Positions 38,901-51,200 of a stretch of DNA of 64,000 nucleotides are shown here, one piece after another. The DNA is taken from the NCBI GenBank assembly GCA_002633005.1, contig NMRA01000290.1, positions 1 to 64,000 on the forward strand, read 5' to 3'. The position numbers and the translations under genes are program-made. Every line of letters begins with the position of its first letter. Position 1 is the stretch's first letter. Under the pieces are notes generated by a model. It did not search any database and had not been told where the DNA came from. It worked only from the letters and a program-made list of their open reading frames with translations. This DNA comes from Phoronis australis (taxonomy: Eukaryota > Animalia > Phoronida).

Positions 38901-39076
38901 ATCAAAAAACACCAAGGTCTTAACTTACCAGACATATGGCCTTCGAAAAAGTGGAATTCTGACCAGTTTATGACATGGTTACTATGAATCAGACATATTG
39001 TACTTACAATTTCAGTTCACTAAATGAGAATGTCACCACTCAGTCACCATCAGGAAATGCAGCGACCAGAAGGTGA
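23717..39076 (+). CDS. INTS13: Integrator complex subunit 13 (asunder), 17 coding exons, 696 aa
   Basis: join(23717-23938,24410-24484,25320-25522,26733-26813,27181-27271,27993-28121,29005-29089,31369-31461,31868-31957,32372-32550,33091-33166,33794-33870,34662-34819,35614-35811,36136-36257,37102-37252,39016-39076) = 2091 nt. All introns are GT-AG with matching phase. Translation carries INTS13 blocks HKTVIILDH, KSLWTCSVESSLEY, IPMKEEQNASSSANYDVELLH, RSILEDPPSISEGCGGRVTDYRITDFGE, RDEQYRQMWSELE and SLFSLW...EFAGRL (recognised from memory of human INTS13). Confidence 0.96.
24410..24484 (+). CDS. INTS13: INTS13 coding exon 2
   Basis: IQLVASDISVTCLNSWQLDHQNLQQ; ttttag / gtatgg. Confidence 0.92.
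25320..25522 (+). CDS. INTS13: INTS13 coding exon 3
   Basis: IFTSLGELGPP...SILHGLETAIELL...NKGIIVCLTSFK; ttag / gttaag. Confidence 0.92.
26733..26813 (+). CDS. INTS13: INTS13 coding exon 4
   Basis: EEEWKKTEDHVTNFMLQHNKVASSSD; ttgtag / gtgagg. Confidence 0.9.
27181..27271 (+). CDS. INTS13: INTS13 coding exon 5
   Basis: LMPIDSCELVFINITPVGTQSQFDSDGSRE; tttcag / gttcgt. Confidence 0.9.
27993..28121 (+). CDS. INTS13: INTS13 coding exon 6
   Basis: LSEVLQSRL...FDLASTCITGIPMK; tttcag / gtagta. Confidence 0.93.
29005..29089 (+). CDS. INTS13: INTS13 coding exon 7
   Basis: EEQNASSSANYDVELLHPSAAHKELIAT; ttttag / gtaagt. Confidence 0.94.
29921..30958. mobile_element. Helentron/HINE-like non-autonomous element in an INTS13 intron
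   Basis: Terminal hairpin actctgcgc...gcacagagt, short (TTC) repeat, recurring core taatgcacc...ggtca..tagtgcaaaggtcat (30112, 30378, 30808), and inverted gcgcagagt at the far end. Confidence 0.55.
31369..31461 (+). CDS. INTS13: INTS13 coding exon 8
   Basis: QVQGLHVTSRE...TVTLKWCTPKSVPT; gacag / gtgagt. Confidence 0.93.
31868..31957 (+). CDS. INTS13: INTS13 coding exon 9
   Basis: LYQCTGAYRISSIDVNSRPSACLTNFLLG; ttacag / gtactg. Confidence 0.95.
32372..32550 (+). CDS. INTS13: INTS13 coding exon 10
   Basis: RSVMLEQPRK...SHMLASHGGEIF...RSILEDPPSISEGCGGRVTDYRIT; ttag / gtaagt. Confidence 0.96.
33091..33166 (+). CDS. INTS13: INTS13 coding exon 11
   Basis: DFGEMMKDHRLVPDEMRGEELPVDA; catag / gtaaat. 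Confidence 0.92.
33794..33870 (+). CDS. INTS13: INTS13 coding exon 12
   Basis: KGQLERTTRYWPLVIGDTIIFNMLS; tttcag / gtaagt. Confidence 0.93.
34662..34819 (+). CDS. INTS13: INTS13 coding exon 13
   Basis: HIDPLPSLIVKSALDEDEVLECKRAIY...PLPIPNVGTRTKGTK; ttttag / gtcaag. Confidence 0.93.
35614..35811 (+). CDS. INTS13: INTS13 coding exon 14
   Basis: DEQYRQMWSELELLVRAH...VLECVLECKKP...; ttacag / gtatga. Confidence 0.92.
36136..36257 (+). CDS. INTS13: INTS13 coding exon 15
   Basis: FQNVTEKRELNDQETKKPLTGLSPAKKLKPSPVVQSDSSN. Low-conservation region, but it supplies the phase 2 to phase 1 bridge needed between exons 14 and 16. Confidence 0.8.
37102..37252 (+). CDS. INTS13: INTS13 coding exon 16 (C-terminal cleavage-module binding motif)
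   Basis: PQSLFSLWTSRLNDIQSTRHSEFAGRLESSGNQAELYIHLK; ttgtag / gtacga. Confidence 0.93.
39016..39076 (+). CDS. INTS13: INTS13 probable terminal coding exon
   Basis: tttcag acceptor, phase-2 compatible, SLNENVTTQSPSGNAATRR-TGA; AATAAA at 39629 and 39670 downstream. Confidence 0.72.
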
Positions 39077-42000
39077 CCAGAAAGAAATGTGCATCACCAT
39101 ATTGTAAACCAGTGTTTGTGGGGCTACGAAACAGTGGCGTAGCTTGGCATTTTCGACAATTACACTCAAAACCTTTGATCCAGGGACAATTTTTACATCA
39201 ATGCACCATGGGCTTGGTAGTGACACTGGCTGCAGTAAACATTCATCAACTCCTTTAGCATTGTGAGAGTGCAAAAACGACTTTCAATACCCATTTTAAA
39301 TTCTTATGTGCAAGGTGGATTGACTTAGCAAAGGAGTACACTGTCTGGCGTTTTTCCGTGGACACTCAGAGAGCGATTTTTTGTGTGAATTACTTGGATG
39401 CCATCATGCAGCACAAGAATGGTAATTTGACAGCATTCTGGCCACAAAGAATTTTTAAAAAAGTGCTATCCACAAAATACTCTCGTTACTGCTTTATCGA
39501 AAGATAGTTGTTGTTTAATCGCAAGCAATTGGAAGAAATCACACGGTAATTCGTTTTATCACAAACTTTGTCAACTGTCAGGATTTTCTTGTAATATGTG
39601 AATATTTGGGTAAATGCAAGTTCATGCCAATAAATTTCTAGCTTGTGCTTCTTTTATTTTTGATTGTGTAATAAATTTAATATGCAGTGGGCAGATTTAT
39701 TTCAAACATGTTAGTCCAGCACGCTTATTTCTTAAGAGACAGTGTCAGATGGAAAACCTGTGCTAATTTTTTAATGGCTTCGAATTGATCTGTAAGCAGT
39801 TGAATGCATTAATTTGAATGCGCTAAAAGGCACCAAATGTCTGACAAAAGCACCCTTCTCCACATTGTGTACAAGTTTTGCTTCCAAAATGCTATTAAAA
39901 CTTTTTGGCAAAACATCAAGGGATAAAAAGTTGTTGGTACATCTGTTAAACATTTGGTGCATGGTCATTTACTTGAGAAGGCTGTCACTGAGTTTAATTG
40001 TAAGCATTTATCTGTTATTCCCAAGCCCAGAAATCTGAGTGAGGAAGATATTTGACATATGTTGCGACCATTTACCTGTACACTCATCTTGGACTTGTTC
40101 AAATATTCATTTCTATGGATGTCGTGCACTAACAAACAGTCTGAGAAAATATTTATATTTATAATTAAATAGGGCAACAAGATGTAAGTTTACATTTAAA
40201 CAGGCCAACAGGGTGACAAGACGCAAGTCGGATTTGCTTGGACAGACATTTAAACAATGCAGTACATATTAACATAAAACAGGAGGTTAATAATTACTGG
40301 AAATAAATATGCAATAACTTAATGCATAAAATGTTGATGTTTACTTCATGATCATTAAAACCATGCTTCATACCTTATGCAGTATACTGGAGCTTAAAAT
40401 CTTCCTTCAACAGATATTTTGTTACTTTATGTACGGAGAAATACATATAGCCTTAGTACTGCCTTACTAACGCAAGAAGGCATCATTTAAAGACCCAAAT
40501 GCAGGCACATCATGTCAAGTTGCCAATTGAGGGTATATGACATCACTGCTAGTACAAACTATGAGTAGAGGTCTGAATAAATCCAACATGTGCAGATGTT
40601 GTTGATGCCAGTTTGAATAGATTGATGACTCTCATGGTGACAAAGATGACAGCAAAGCAGCAAGCCTATCATTGCATGCACCCATTTGTGGCATTGGTAA
40701 GCTCAAAATGATGCTCTGTGCATGGGCTTACCGTAGACAGGCTTTAAATTATCACCTAGGTCTTGTCCACAGAAGCAAAGTTGTCAGAGACTACACAGTT
40801 TTCCAAATCAGATATTAAATCACCGTGCAGAGCCATGTTCTGGACTGAAACCCTTTGTTTTGTTCTAAAAATAGCTAGGCTTCCTAATTACATATAAAAG
40901 ACTATGTCTAATGGAGTTCATTGATTGGTTCCACGCAAAGTTTCCAAGTAACTAACTTTGTTCGAAGTTTTCGATTTCAGCTTTACCCAGTTGCCACTGC
41001 ATATGTCTTTAACAGAACAGGTTTTACAGCAATAAAAACAACAACAACAGTAACTGCCTCATCCTAGGAATCTAGTTGAACAGTAGTGATTCAAAGTGCC
41101 TGAGAAGAGAACACGTCAATATAACATGCCTTGACAATTCCTTAAAACAGCACGTACACCCAACTCATAGCCTAAACAAGAACATCTCAAATCGGGCTGC
41201 TTAAATCTCAATTTCAAAATTTTCCTTGTGATTGCAGTTGGCTTTTACCATCTGATTAAAAAAAAACTGAGATACCACCTGCTATTGATAAGAGGCAGGT
41301 GAGTATTGGAGGAGTTGGACAACCCTGTCAAATATGGTGACACTTTGGCATTTGGCTTTAGTTGACTAATAGCTTGGAAGGTTTCTTTGTGTATGGATAT
41401 TATTTTCCATTATGGCATGGAAAGGAGTGTGACATATTTTATGCGGCTTAATGACCTGCTTTATCATTTGCATATTAGCCAGAGAGTATCTAAGAAATTT
41501 CACCTTAAACTTCTCTTAACACCACTATGTCACAATATTGAAAACTAAATTTACCAAAAACAATATTATAAGTTTTTCATTTTCATATTATTAGTGCCAC
41601 CACAGACTATAGTACATGGACCGCCAACTCCGTATACTTTCAATGGACGAAATCTGTGCTGTTTCACACAACGTTACGTCATTATTCACTAGCGACACCT
41701 GGCCCAATTATCTGGTGTTACTTCCGGCAAGTACGTCATCTGCTAATTTTGGTCGGCTGTTGTGTGGTCGGGTGGTAGTAGCATTGCTAAAAGTACTCAT
41801 GATACCAACAGTTCTATTTTAAGATTTTGAACAGCATTTAAATGCCAAAATTATTTTTGTTTTCATTGTGCTCGACAATAAAATAGATGCGAGAATTTCC
41901 CGTCACAATACACTAACTGGAAAATGAATCAGATAATTTAGGAAAGTGGCGCCGCCTCTAGGATAGTACAGAAGAAAATGTCAGAGTTGCGGATCTGGCG

Positions 42001-42192
42001 TCTATAATCTAATGTGGCACAGATCCGACTTGCTCTAATGGTAAGTTATCATTTAAGAAACATAAGAAGGGTCAACGTAAACTTGCTGAAAAACAAACTG
42101 AAGAACCAATAGTTCTAATATGACAATGGTGGAGGCACCGTGGTGTGTACAGTTGTAATAGCTTCACAGAAGCACAATAGTCTCAGATTTCT

Positions 42193-42284
42193 TCATCCTT
42201 CATCACTTGATGAATTGTCAACATCTTCAGCTTCAGCCATGGGAAATCTCAAAATGGCTGCCACCCCTGTGAGCTGACCCAACT
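42193..42284 (-). CDS. PELO: PELO terminal coding exon
   Basis: [32 protein letters not shown], with the acidic tail typical of pelota. Confidence 0.95.
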
Positions 42285-45200
42285 CTAAAACAGAAAAACA
42301 ATGACGACACCTGACAATAGTTTTAATTAATAATCCCAGAATTTATATAGTGTTTAATAGTAGAAGGCCAGCGCACAAAAATATGAATTTTCATTGTTGA
42401 TAATGTGGTCAATAACAATCATTTTGTGTGCACTCACTCACAAGTGCACTCACTCACAACAACTCAACCACAAAATTGCAAGTTGGTGGGGAATATCAAA
42501 AAAAAAAACATTTGTTTGAAAGATGTCCTATCACTCCTGATATTGGGTGCACTTGATGCCAATAATTTGTTAGGACCGAGATCAAAATCAACAAACAAGA
42601 CTTCAGATATGATGGAAAAATGAAAGCTCAGCGCGACAGCAAGATACACAACAGAAGAACAATTATCATTAACATCTTTCAATCAACTTTTGAAGCTGCG
42701 GTGCACACCAAAAGTATTCAGACAAAAAGACCCAGATTTCCCATCATGCAGCAGGGTGGAAGTCGACTTCATTGTCAGAGTAGTCTTGCCTCATGACTAA
42801 GAATGAAGCGGAGTTAGTGGCCAAGCCATTCTACAATTATAACTTTGCCCCCAAAAATAGTGACTACAACTCGTTTTCACTGTTAACAAAATTAGCCGGC
42901 ATGACCACAAAATGGTATTTTGTCTTGATTACTTTAGAAGGAGAACGGCAACAACTCACGTTCTCCGGACACGTGAAGACTGGAGAATATTTTAACATCC
43001 CCACCACTCTCTCTGCACAAGTCAACAAGCTTGACGTATCGTTGTCTCACAGCAACCTCTTGAGCCCTATGAACAGATCAAATGCAAGAAATATTACAAA
43101 AACATACATTACTGCAGCATTTCTAGAGATCAGCTGTTCCAAACAAATTTAGCACAAGTGGATCTCTGTGAGAATCTGATATGATAAAGAAATTGCCATG
43201 AAAAAGACAGTGAGCAATAAGAATATCGGCAAACTTAACGAACGGTAAAAAGCCTTCAGTTTCAGAAATATATACTTGTTAAACTGGACATTTTGTGCTC
43301 TTTTTTAAAGCGTAGGGCTGTTCCAGTCCGCCTGGAAGTTCGGCACATGAAATAAAAAACTATGGATGGTTGTGTTCAGAACAAATAAAAATTTACCAAT
43401 GAATTATTGTTCTAGTAAAAATAAAATGTAATCGGTTTTTGATGTTTTTATGAATGAATTTGTCGCGGCGGTTATCATGGTTTGTTCCATGCAGCAAAGT
43501 ACATGTACACTGTCTGTCTAAATCACAATTTTCATACATTACAATCCATTTCACAACTGGTAACTGCGAACAATAGATACTGGTTGGGATGTGTAGCACA
43601 AATCACAAGAATGAGTTTACTTCAATGACCAGCTTCCTATTTTTAGGGACAGGCAAAGGGGTGTTTTTGAAGGCACTGGCTGAACATATTGTGAAGAGAC
43701 TTGAGTATCAGTATTTCTGGATCATTCAGTACTATCATCCCAGGCAGCATACCCTGGGCTTGTAAATATATCCATACTCCAGTTCCATCACAAAACTGTA
43801 TTACACGTTACTTGGAATACGTAAATCAAGGTTTTGGTTGGTTGGACAAGCAAATCTTTGCATTCCAAATTTAAAAAATTATGGTTGATGAGTTAGGAAT
43901 TATAGAACAGAAATAAGGGTTTCGGGTGAAAGAAGAAAGTGTCTTCCTCTTCCTATATGGATTTTTACTAAACTGCTGAAAAAGGTCAATTTTTGCCAAT
44001 GGTTGTCTCTCGACAGCTAAGCAACACGAACCAGCGTAACAATGAAATTCTTAATTTTTAATTGAAAAATTTGACAAAAATGAAATTCCACTCGTCTGTC
44101 ATAAAGTAAAGAATTCTATACATAAGCCATATGCTCCCATATAAATACTTTGAAGGCTTTTAAGTCAATTACCTGAATAACTCATCGGTAATTAATAGTG
44201 TCTCAATGGCTTGATGGTCATTTGCACGCTCCACGTCTTTGACACTGAAAAGCAGAATATAAGGCGATTATTTTGCTGCATTTTATTACCACACAACGAA
44301 ATTCAGAAATTTCAAAAATGAGTCTTCAGTTGATAAGAAAATTTTACGAAAAAGCTGTTGGCCTTATAACATGATCAGATGGTGCTCCTTTAGCCTCATT
44401 AAAATTTGCCGAGGAACTTCAGAGAAACACAGGAAAACAAAAAAATGAAATTGCCACTATGGGGCGCAGTGTTCGTCGGATCCGTCTAAAAGTCGTCGTC
44501 TTCTCTTGTTAACTTCATATAAATACACATGCTAAATTTAATAAAGATCCTGCACAGGACTTAGGAAAAACAGGTATGGGTGCAAAAAAAAAACAACTGC
44601 CACTAGGAGGCGCCACAATAGTCAAAGTCGTCGGAAATTCATCGTCAACAGTCCCCTTCATAGAAAGAACATAAACGCCAACTTTCAGTCATCTTTGGAG
44701 TGGTTTGGTTGACAAAGGGACGGACGCCAAAAAAAGCTCGAAAACAACGAAAATGGCCAATAGATGGTGCAAATTACCTTAAATCAATCCAAAGATGAAT
44801 GGCTAGCGTCACCTTACAAATAGATGTCTATGTGCCAAATTTTATAGAAATCCGTTGAGGACCTTTGAAGATACAGAGGTAAACGTAATAAAAAAATATA
44901 ATTGCCACTAGGGGGCACACTGGTAAAGCAATCTGTCCGAAAGTCGTTGTCGAACGTTGTCAACTTCATATAAATACATTTGTTGCTAAATTTAATAAAG
45001 ATCCTGTAGAGTGTTTAGGAGATACAGCCATAGGCATAAAAACAAACAAAACTACCACTAGGAGGCGCCACAGTAGTCAAAGTCGTCGGAAAATCATCGT
45101 TAGCTGTCTGCTTCGTCGTAAGTACATGCCAATTTTCACAATCATCCTTAGAGTGGTTTGGTTGTTAGAGGGGCGGATGCCAAAAAATGACTCGAAAATA

Positions 45201-48200
45201 GTAAAAATGGCCACTAGATGGCGCAAAATGCCTCAAATCCATCCGAAAACGGGAGGATAGCGTCAACTCATTAATAGATGCCTACGTGCCAAATTTCCTG
45301 AAAATCGGTTGAGGACCTTTGAAGACACAGAGGTAAACGTAAAAAACTAAAATTGCCACTAGGGGGCACAGCGGTATTCGGGTCAGTCCAAAGCTCGTTG
45401 CCCTCTGTCGTCAACCCCTTAGAAACACACCTGCCAAATTTCAATAAGATCCTGCAAGGGGTTTAGGAGATACAGCCACGGACGCCAGACCCCCAGACAG
45501 AGATGACGGCAATATGCGATCACATATATATGTGGGCGCATAAAAATGTTAGTTTTTCAAAAAATTTTGATAAATGCAACTTCTTGGGTTTTTAATAAAA
45601 TTCATAATTCCTATTTTCTGATAACCTCTACAAAAAAGTAAATGGCTTCCAAAAGAATTCCTAACTCCACTTTGGAAACAGTTCACAAAGCATAGAATTA
45701 GAAAGTTTTACATGAATCTGATCCACCAATTTGGAGAAGTAATGTTCTGAAGTTATAAAAAAATAATTGCAGGCGGTCTGATACACGTTGTACCAGACGT
45801 GCGCAGGCCTCGCATGTGGGCCCATTGCACTGATCACCTGGAAATATTTTTGTGCTTTATTAATATATGGCTAAAACCAAGCTGAGGAGCTAGAAAACTG
45901 GCTCAAGGGTTTAGCAGTGTGACCAGGGCCCGGTCTCCAATCTCCGTACTCAGACTCGAATCATGCTCAAACTCACACTTCATACTCAACTCGAGTACAG
46001 ACTCAGCTTTGGTGTATTCAATGTCATACTCGAAAAATCTGTACTCGAAATTTCGAGCACGTACTCAATTTTCGAGTATACTCGAAGCGAAGTGTATTTC
46101 ATCCATATTTCGAGTACGATTTTGAGTAAAAATTCCGAGTATATGCTCTAAATTTCAAGTTTGGTATGGCAGTGTGCTTGAAATCGTACTCGAAAATAAA
46201 TACGAGCCAGAGAACAAAATATCGAAAGGGAACCAAGAAACACAGCAAATATAAAAAAATAAGTCCTCTTACCGTATCTCAGCACTTCAATTTCAGTTCA
46301 GAGATAATAGTTTTCATCTTAAATCTTCTTATTCTTCGCCTTATTAACCCGCCTTATCACTGTATGTTATGGCCGCCATTCTACCTCTACAATTCCTGGC
46401 AACAGGCGCATTGTAATCCTTTGTNTGGTGTGACTCGAACCCACGACCTCGAGTAATGAAAGCGGGCACTTATCAACCAGGCCACACTGTCTCCTTGTTC
46501 TGAAGTTAGCCAAAACTGGACCTATGCAACCTTAATACCAACAACTCATCATCCACTGCATGCTCAGCACATTGTCCAACAGTGAATACAGGGATCACGG
46601 CCATCAAGAGCTGTATTATTCAGGTTCTACTCTCTCAATGAATGTGTGTAACCAACCACGCTGAAGAAAGTCATGAAGGAGAGCTAGAAAGAAATGATTC
46701 ATAGAATGTCATGAAAAAAGAGTAAGGAGAAGAAATGATTACCCATAGAATGCCCTGTTAGGATCATTCTGAAGCATTTGGTAGAATTCATCAAGCGCCC
46801 TCACTTCTGACGACGCCTTTGTGTCGGAAAGTTTATTGGCGACAGCTGGATCTGTGAGCACCTCTGCAATACAAATACGCACAAATGGTTAGAGAGTATG
46901 AAACAATGATAACCATTATAGAATATTGTGACGACGTGTTGAAATCACATTCCTGCAAGCAATCCGTGAAGTCCAGTAATTGTGTAAAGTTTGAAGTGCA
47001 AACTTGCCATGATATTGAAAACAATCCAAAACATATTAACTGATAGACGATGCTGCATCATGACCGCTAATTTTCATTCCTCATAGATTAACTGGACATT
47101 CCCATTAACAACATCCTTCTCTTGTGAGCACAATTCTTTTCTTTCAGCCTGTGGTTCTTTTCTCATCAACAGCAGCTCAGTTCTTATAAACTCAAGTTCT
47201 TTTCTCACTGATATATTTCCTTTTCTTGTAAACATCGTACTTTTATCCTAAACAACTTTCATTCCATGGGACTTCTGTGTGATTTGGGGATGACTTGCTC
47301 CATGGTTAAATGACACAAAATCTGAACAAATATTATCAAAAAAAATTACAGCATATCGTTTTAAACACATAAAATGAGTTAGAAGTTGGAAATGCATTTC
47401 TCCGGCAAGCAAGATTAAGCTCAAGACTACAAAATCGCTGAAGAAGATGTCCAAGAGACAACTCATAGTGTTATCACAGGAGCAAAATAAGTCTCATGTC
47501 AAACACCACAATTTGAGAATAATAATGTGCAACCAAATGAACCCTAGCCTTTAGCACAAGTAGAATATATCTAAGAGTAGCGTAGTGTTGTATTACTGTC
47601 TTTGTTCATAAAATCCAAAACAGGCATTTTAACTGCATGCATACCGTCATGCTGTGGTATGTTTGAAAAAAAGTTTTGTGTACAAGGAATTGATAACAGT
47701 ACGATCTTCTCAAAGCAGTTAATGAGAATTGAACCAGGTTATCAAGACAGATTGATGAGGAAAGAGCTACATCTCCCAACATAAGAATTGCATTTATGAG
47801 AAAAACATATTTTTTAATGAGAACACCCGTGCAGACCATAAGGAAGACTGGCAGCCTTCTGCATGTGACTTAAAGAACTTTAGACCAGAGTGTCTACACA
47901 CTAGATCACATTTGGACTCTCATACGTCTTTCTGAATGGGCTTTCATGTCAGAGACCCTTCACGCTAATGACTCACCTTTGAGAGCATGCTTGTGACCTG
48001 AGGATGAGTGACAGAGAATGAACTTTGACTTGTTTTCTATGAGCAGCTTGTTGTCTGTTTTAACAGCTTGAGCAAACATGTACTCATAAAACTGGTCCTG
48101 AAAAACAATGACTGACCATCAGATGTTTATGATTAATAGAGATTGGGGGAGAAGAAATTCAATGTCATTTTGGATACGGTCATGCAGCAGTAGACTTGAA

Positions 48201-51200
48201 AATCTATTCTACTGTAATTTTTTCCAGTCATAATTTACCCCAGTCAGCACCATATGACCCTATGGCTTTCCGAGAAAATTTGGTCCAACTGGGGAGGGGG
48301 GTGGTTATCCATATCTTTACTCTTGACTTTCTTTTCAAAAAGGGTATTCTGATACAACGTGCCCACATTTTGAGGGGACGTTTTCTCCANCGACCTTTGC
48401 CCTCAGTAGGGTCATACTTCCCGTTATTAAACAAACATGGGCCAGGCCTTCCTGCATAATGACTGCTGCTACATCAGCTTTCTGTGTAGGATCAGTGGCA
48501 AGCTCTGAAAATCAAGTTGTAAAAGCATCAGTTCTATGAACATACTTTTATGACCAGAAGCAACTTTGTTTGACTGTTTACGCAATTGCAACACCCATGC
48601 AAGATATTTTACATTTGTCAGCTCAGGGAGCCTCATGACCACGTGTTTATTGCTCAATGAGACTTGCTTTTCACCAGACTCACATGAACTGGTGTGTGCG
48701 TTGACTTGTTTTCTACACATTTGGGTGGGCAGTGTACATTTGGCTTTAGACAAGAGAGGATGAAAGCTGCAATATTGAGGTAATTTCATTTCCTATTATG
48801 GTATTTTTGTATTTGGTATTTTTATATTTGCAGTTTTGTCTATATTGTGAGGTTTTTTCTATGTAATTTTGTTTCTATTTTTGTACAACCGAAACGGAGA
48901 ACACTTATATTAAGAATATAACTGTAAAATGTTTCGAGTATCTTAATAAAGCATTATTAAAGCCAACTCCTCTTGACTTGCTGACACTCACAATCCATAA
49001 ACCCTGTCCGCCTTTATGTCTAATTAGCTCTTGTCAAACACTACCTTTAGTGGTGTAACCCCCCCCCCAGCAGGTTACCTCTGTAATGATAACTCATTTT
49101 CCTATCATTACAGTGACGAGTAATAGCGGCAGATTTTGCAAAGGGGGTGTTGTCCACAATTTCCAAAAGTTAGGACAATTTCTATAGCCCTAAAAAGGTT
49201 TGCTCGTGCCCATGGAAAGTGGCCAAATCCCCCATCAATAAAATGAAAGATTCACTAGTGTTTAGATGTTAATTGTAACACGAGTTACAATAAGCATGTA
49301 CTCACAGTTTCAGACACATCTCATCAAGTCATGTGGATGGTGAATATTATGTTTACACAAAAGCAGCTGAAAAAGTAACAGCAAGGGAACTTAAGGCTAG
49401 TTCTTACCTATTCTCTCCAGTGCTATACTGTCCCACACATGTTTACCAAGAGTGAACTTTCTATTGAGTTCTAAATCTAGTGTATGGTAGGCGCCCATCT
49501 GTAACAGAATATCATGCCATGCATATATGTCAACGGGCACAAGTCACAGAACAAGTGTACCTGACTGAAGTGATAGTCACCGCTGCAAAACTGAGTTAGG
49601 TCACTGCCAGCTAAAATGGTCTCGACTTGTACTTAGTCAATCAGATTAAAAGTGATTTCTGCTTTGAGGAAGAATTGACACAGTGTTGTTGCAAAAGATT
49701 GAACCATTATGTGTGCCAATAACAATTATATGGTCAGAAATAGATCGGTTTTATTACAAACATTACATAGAGTTACTAGTTGCTACATCAAATCTTTTAA
49801 TACAGTTAGTAGTCCATATATTGAACCTTTTACTGTATAGAGTCGGTAAATTGAATGTTTTGCTACAAAAAGCGACGAGTCAACAATCCTTATCAGTGTC
49901 TCAATACTTGACAATTCCTTTCACAACGTTGGCATTTTGTGCACTGACTTCTGTAACACTAACAAGTTTATCTGATAGAACAACAAAGAATTCAACCTCC
50001 ATCCACATATTTGAACTGTAGGTGGCGTTGAACATTTGTCCAACAGAAAATTTAGTACTATCTAACGACACCGTTAATATCACAGCTGTAAGAAACTGCA
50101 AGAATATGACGAGTAAAGCTAGTATGGTCACCTGTTTCGCTTGCAATGCGATACCTTGCAAAGCTTTGCTATATCTTACAATTTCGTGAGATTTTTGCAT
50201 CCACAGAACGCAGTCCTGGCATGGGTTTTCTATTACTCACCCTAACATACTGATTCTCCTGAATATTCCGTCCTTTCACACGCAGCATGCATGCCTGTGT
50301 GTCGAACTCAATGGACTCCACCTGCACTGTCAACATGGTGCGCACCTTGTTACTGCTTGTACTACCTGTTGACGACTCTGTCTGCACCTTTCTGTGACGA
50401 GATGACAAGGTAGAAAATTTACATGCACTGCAACACTGTGACAGAACCACTAACGAAGTCTTGTAACTTTTAACGTGACTATAAACCTGTCTCACTACAC
50501 AAAAACTTTCAATTTAGATCATCTCCTAATATGAAATTGATTTCAAAAATTTCTTAGTCAAAATATGCCTGGTCTCTGGGATTGGAAAGAACTGACAGCT
50601 CATTATGTTTCGAGACAAAGTTCTACAAGTTGACACGTCATGGCGTGACATTTTATTTGCCAAGAATGTTTTAACAATAACAAAATATCAATTCCTTACA
50701 AGACCAAAAATCACTTCTCATCTAAGTGAGGAACAAGTTCAGATCAGATTTAAATAAAGTTATTTTCTTCGACATAATCTGGGATTATATCCACTTTAAG
50801 CTTTTAAAAAAGCAAAAAATATTAAAGATTGCAGCGTTGTTACAGAATTCTAAACTTAGTCTATCATTTTGTTTTCTTTAATTTTGTGGGGGACCATGTA
50901 ACCTTTAATTATTTACCTGACGGTAGTGGAGCGGAGGGTATCCCCAACAGACACTAAGTTGTAGGCGTGCCACATGTCTTCAGGGTCTTCTGCTATCAGC
51001 ACCACATGACTGAAACAAAACATTATGCTATACACCAATGTAGTCACAAAGCAATCTTTGCAACATTTGACAAAACTCAATAACAAATAACAATATGGTT
51101 TGCACTCAACATTATGTTAAAACACCTATAGATCAACCTGCATTTTGCCATAAAAAGCAATTTCTGGTTTTGTCTACTCGCCATTATAAAATAGGTCTCA

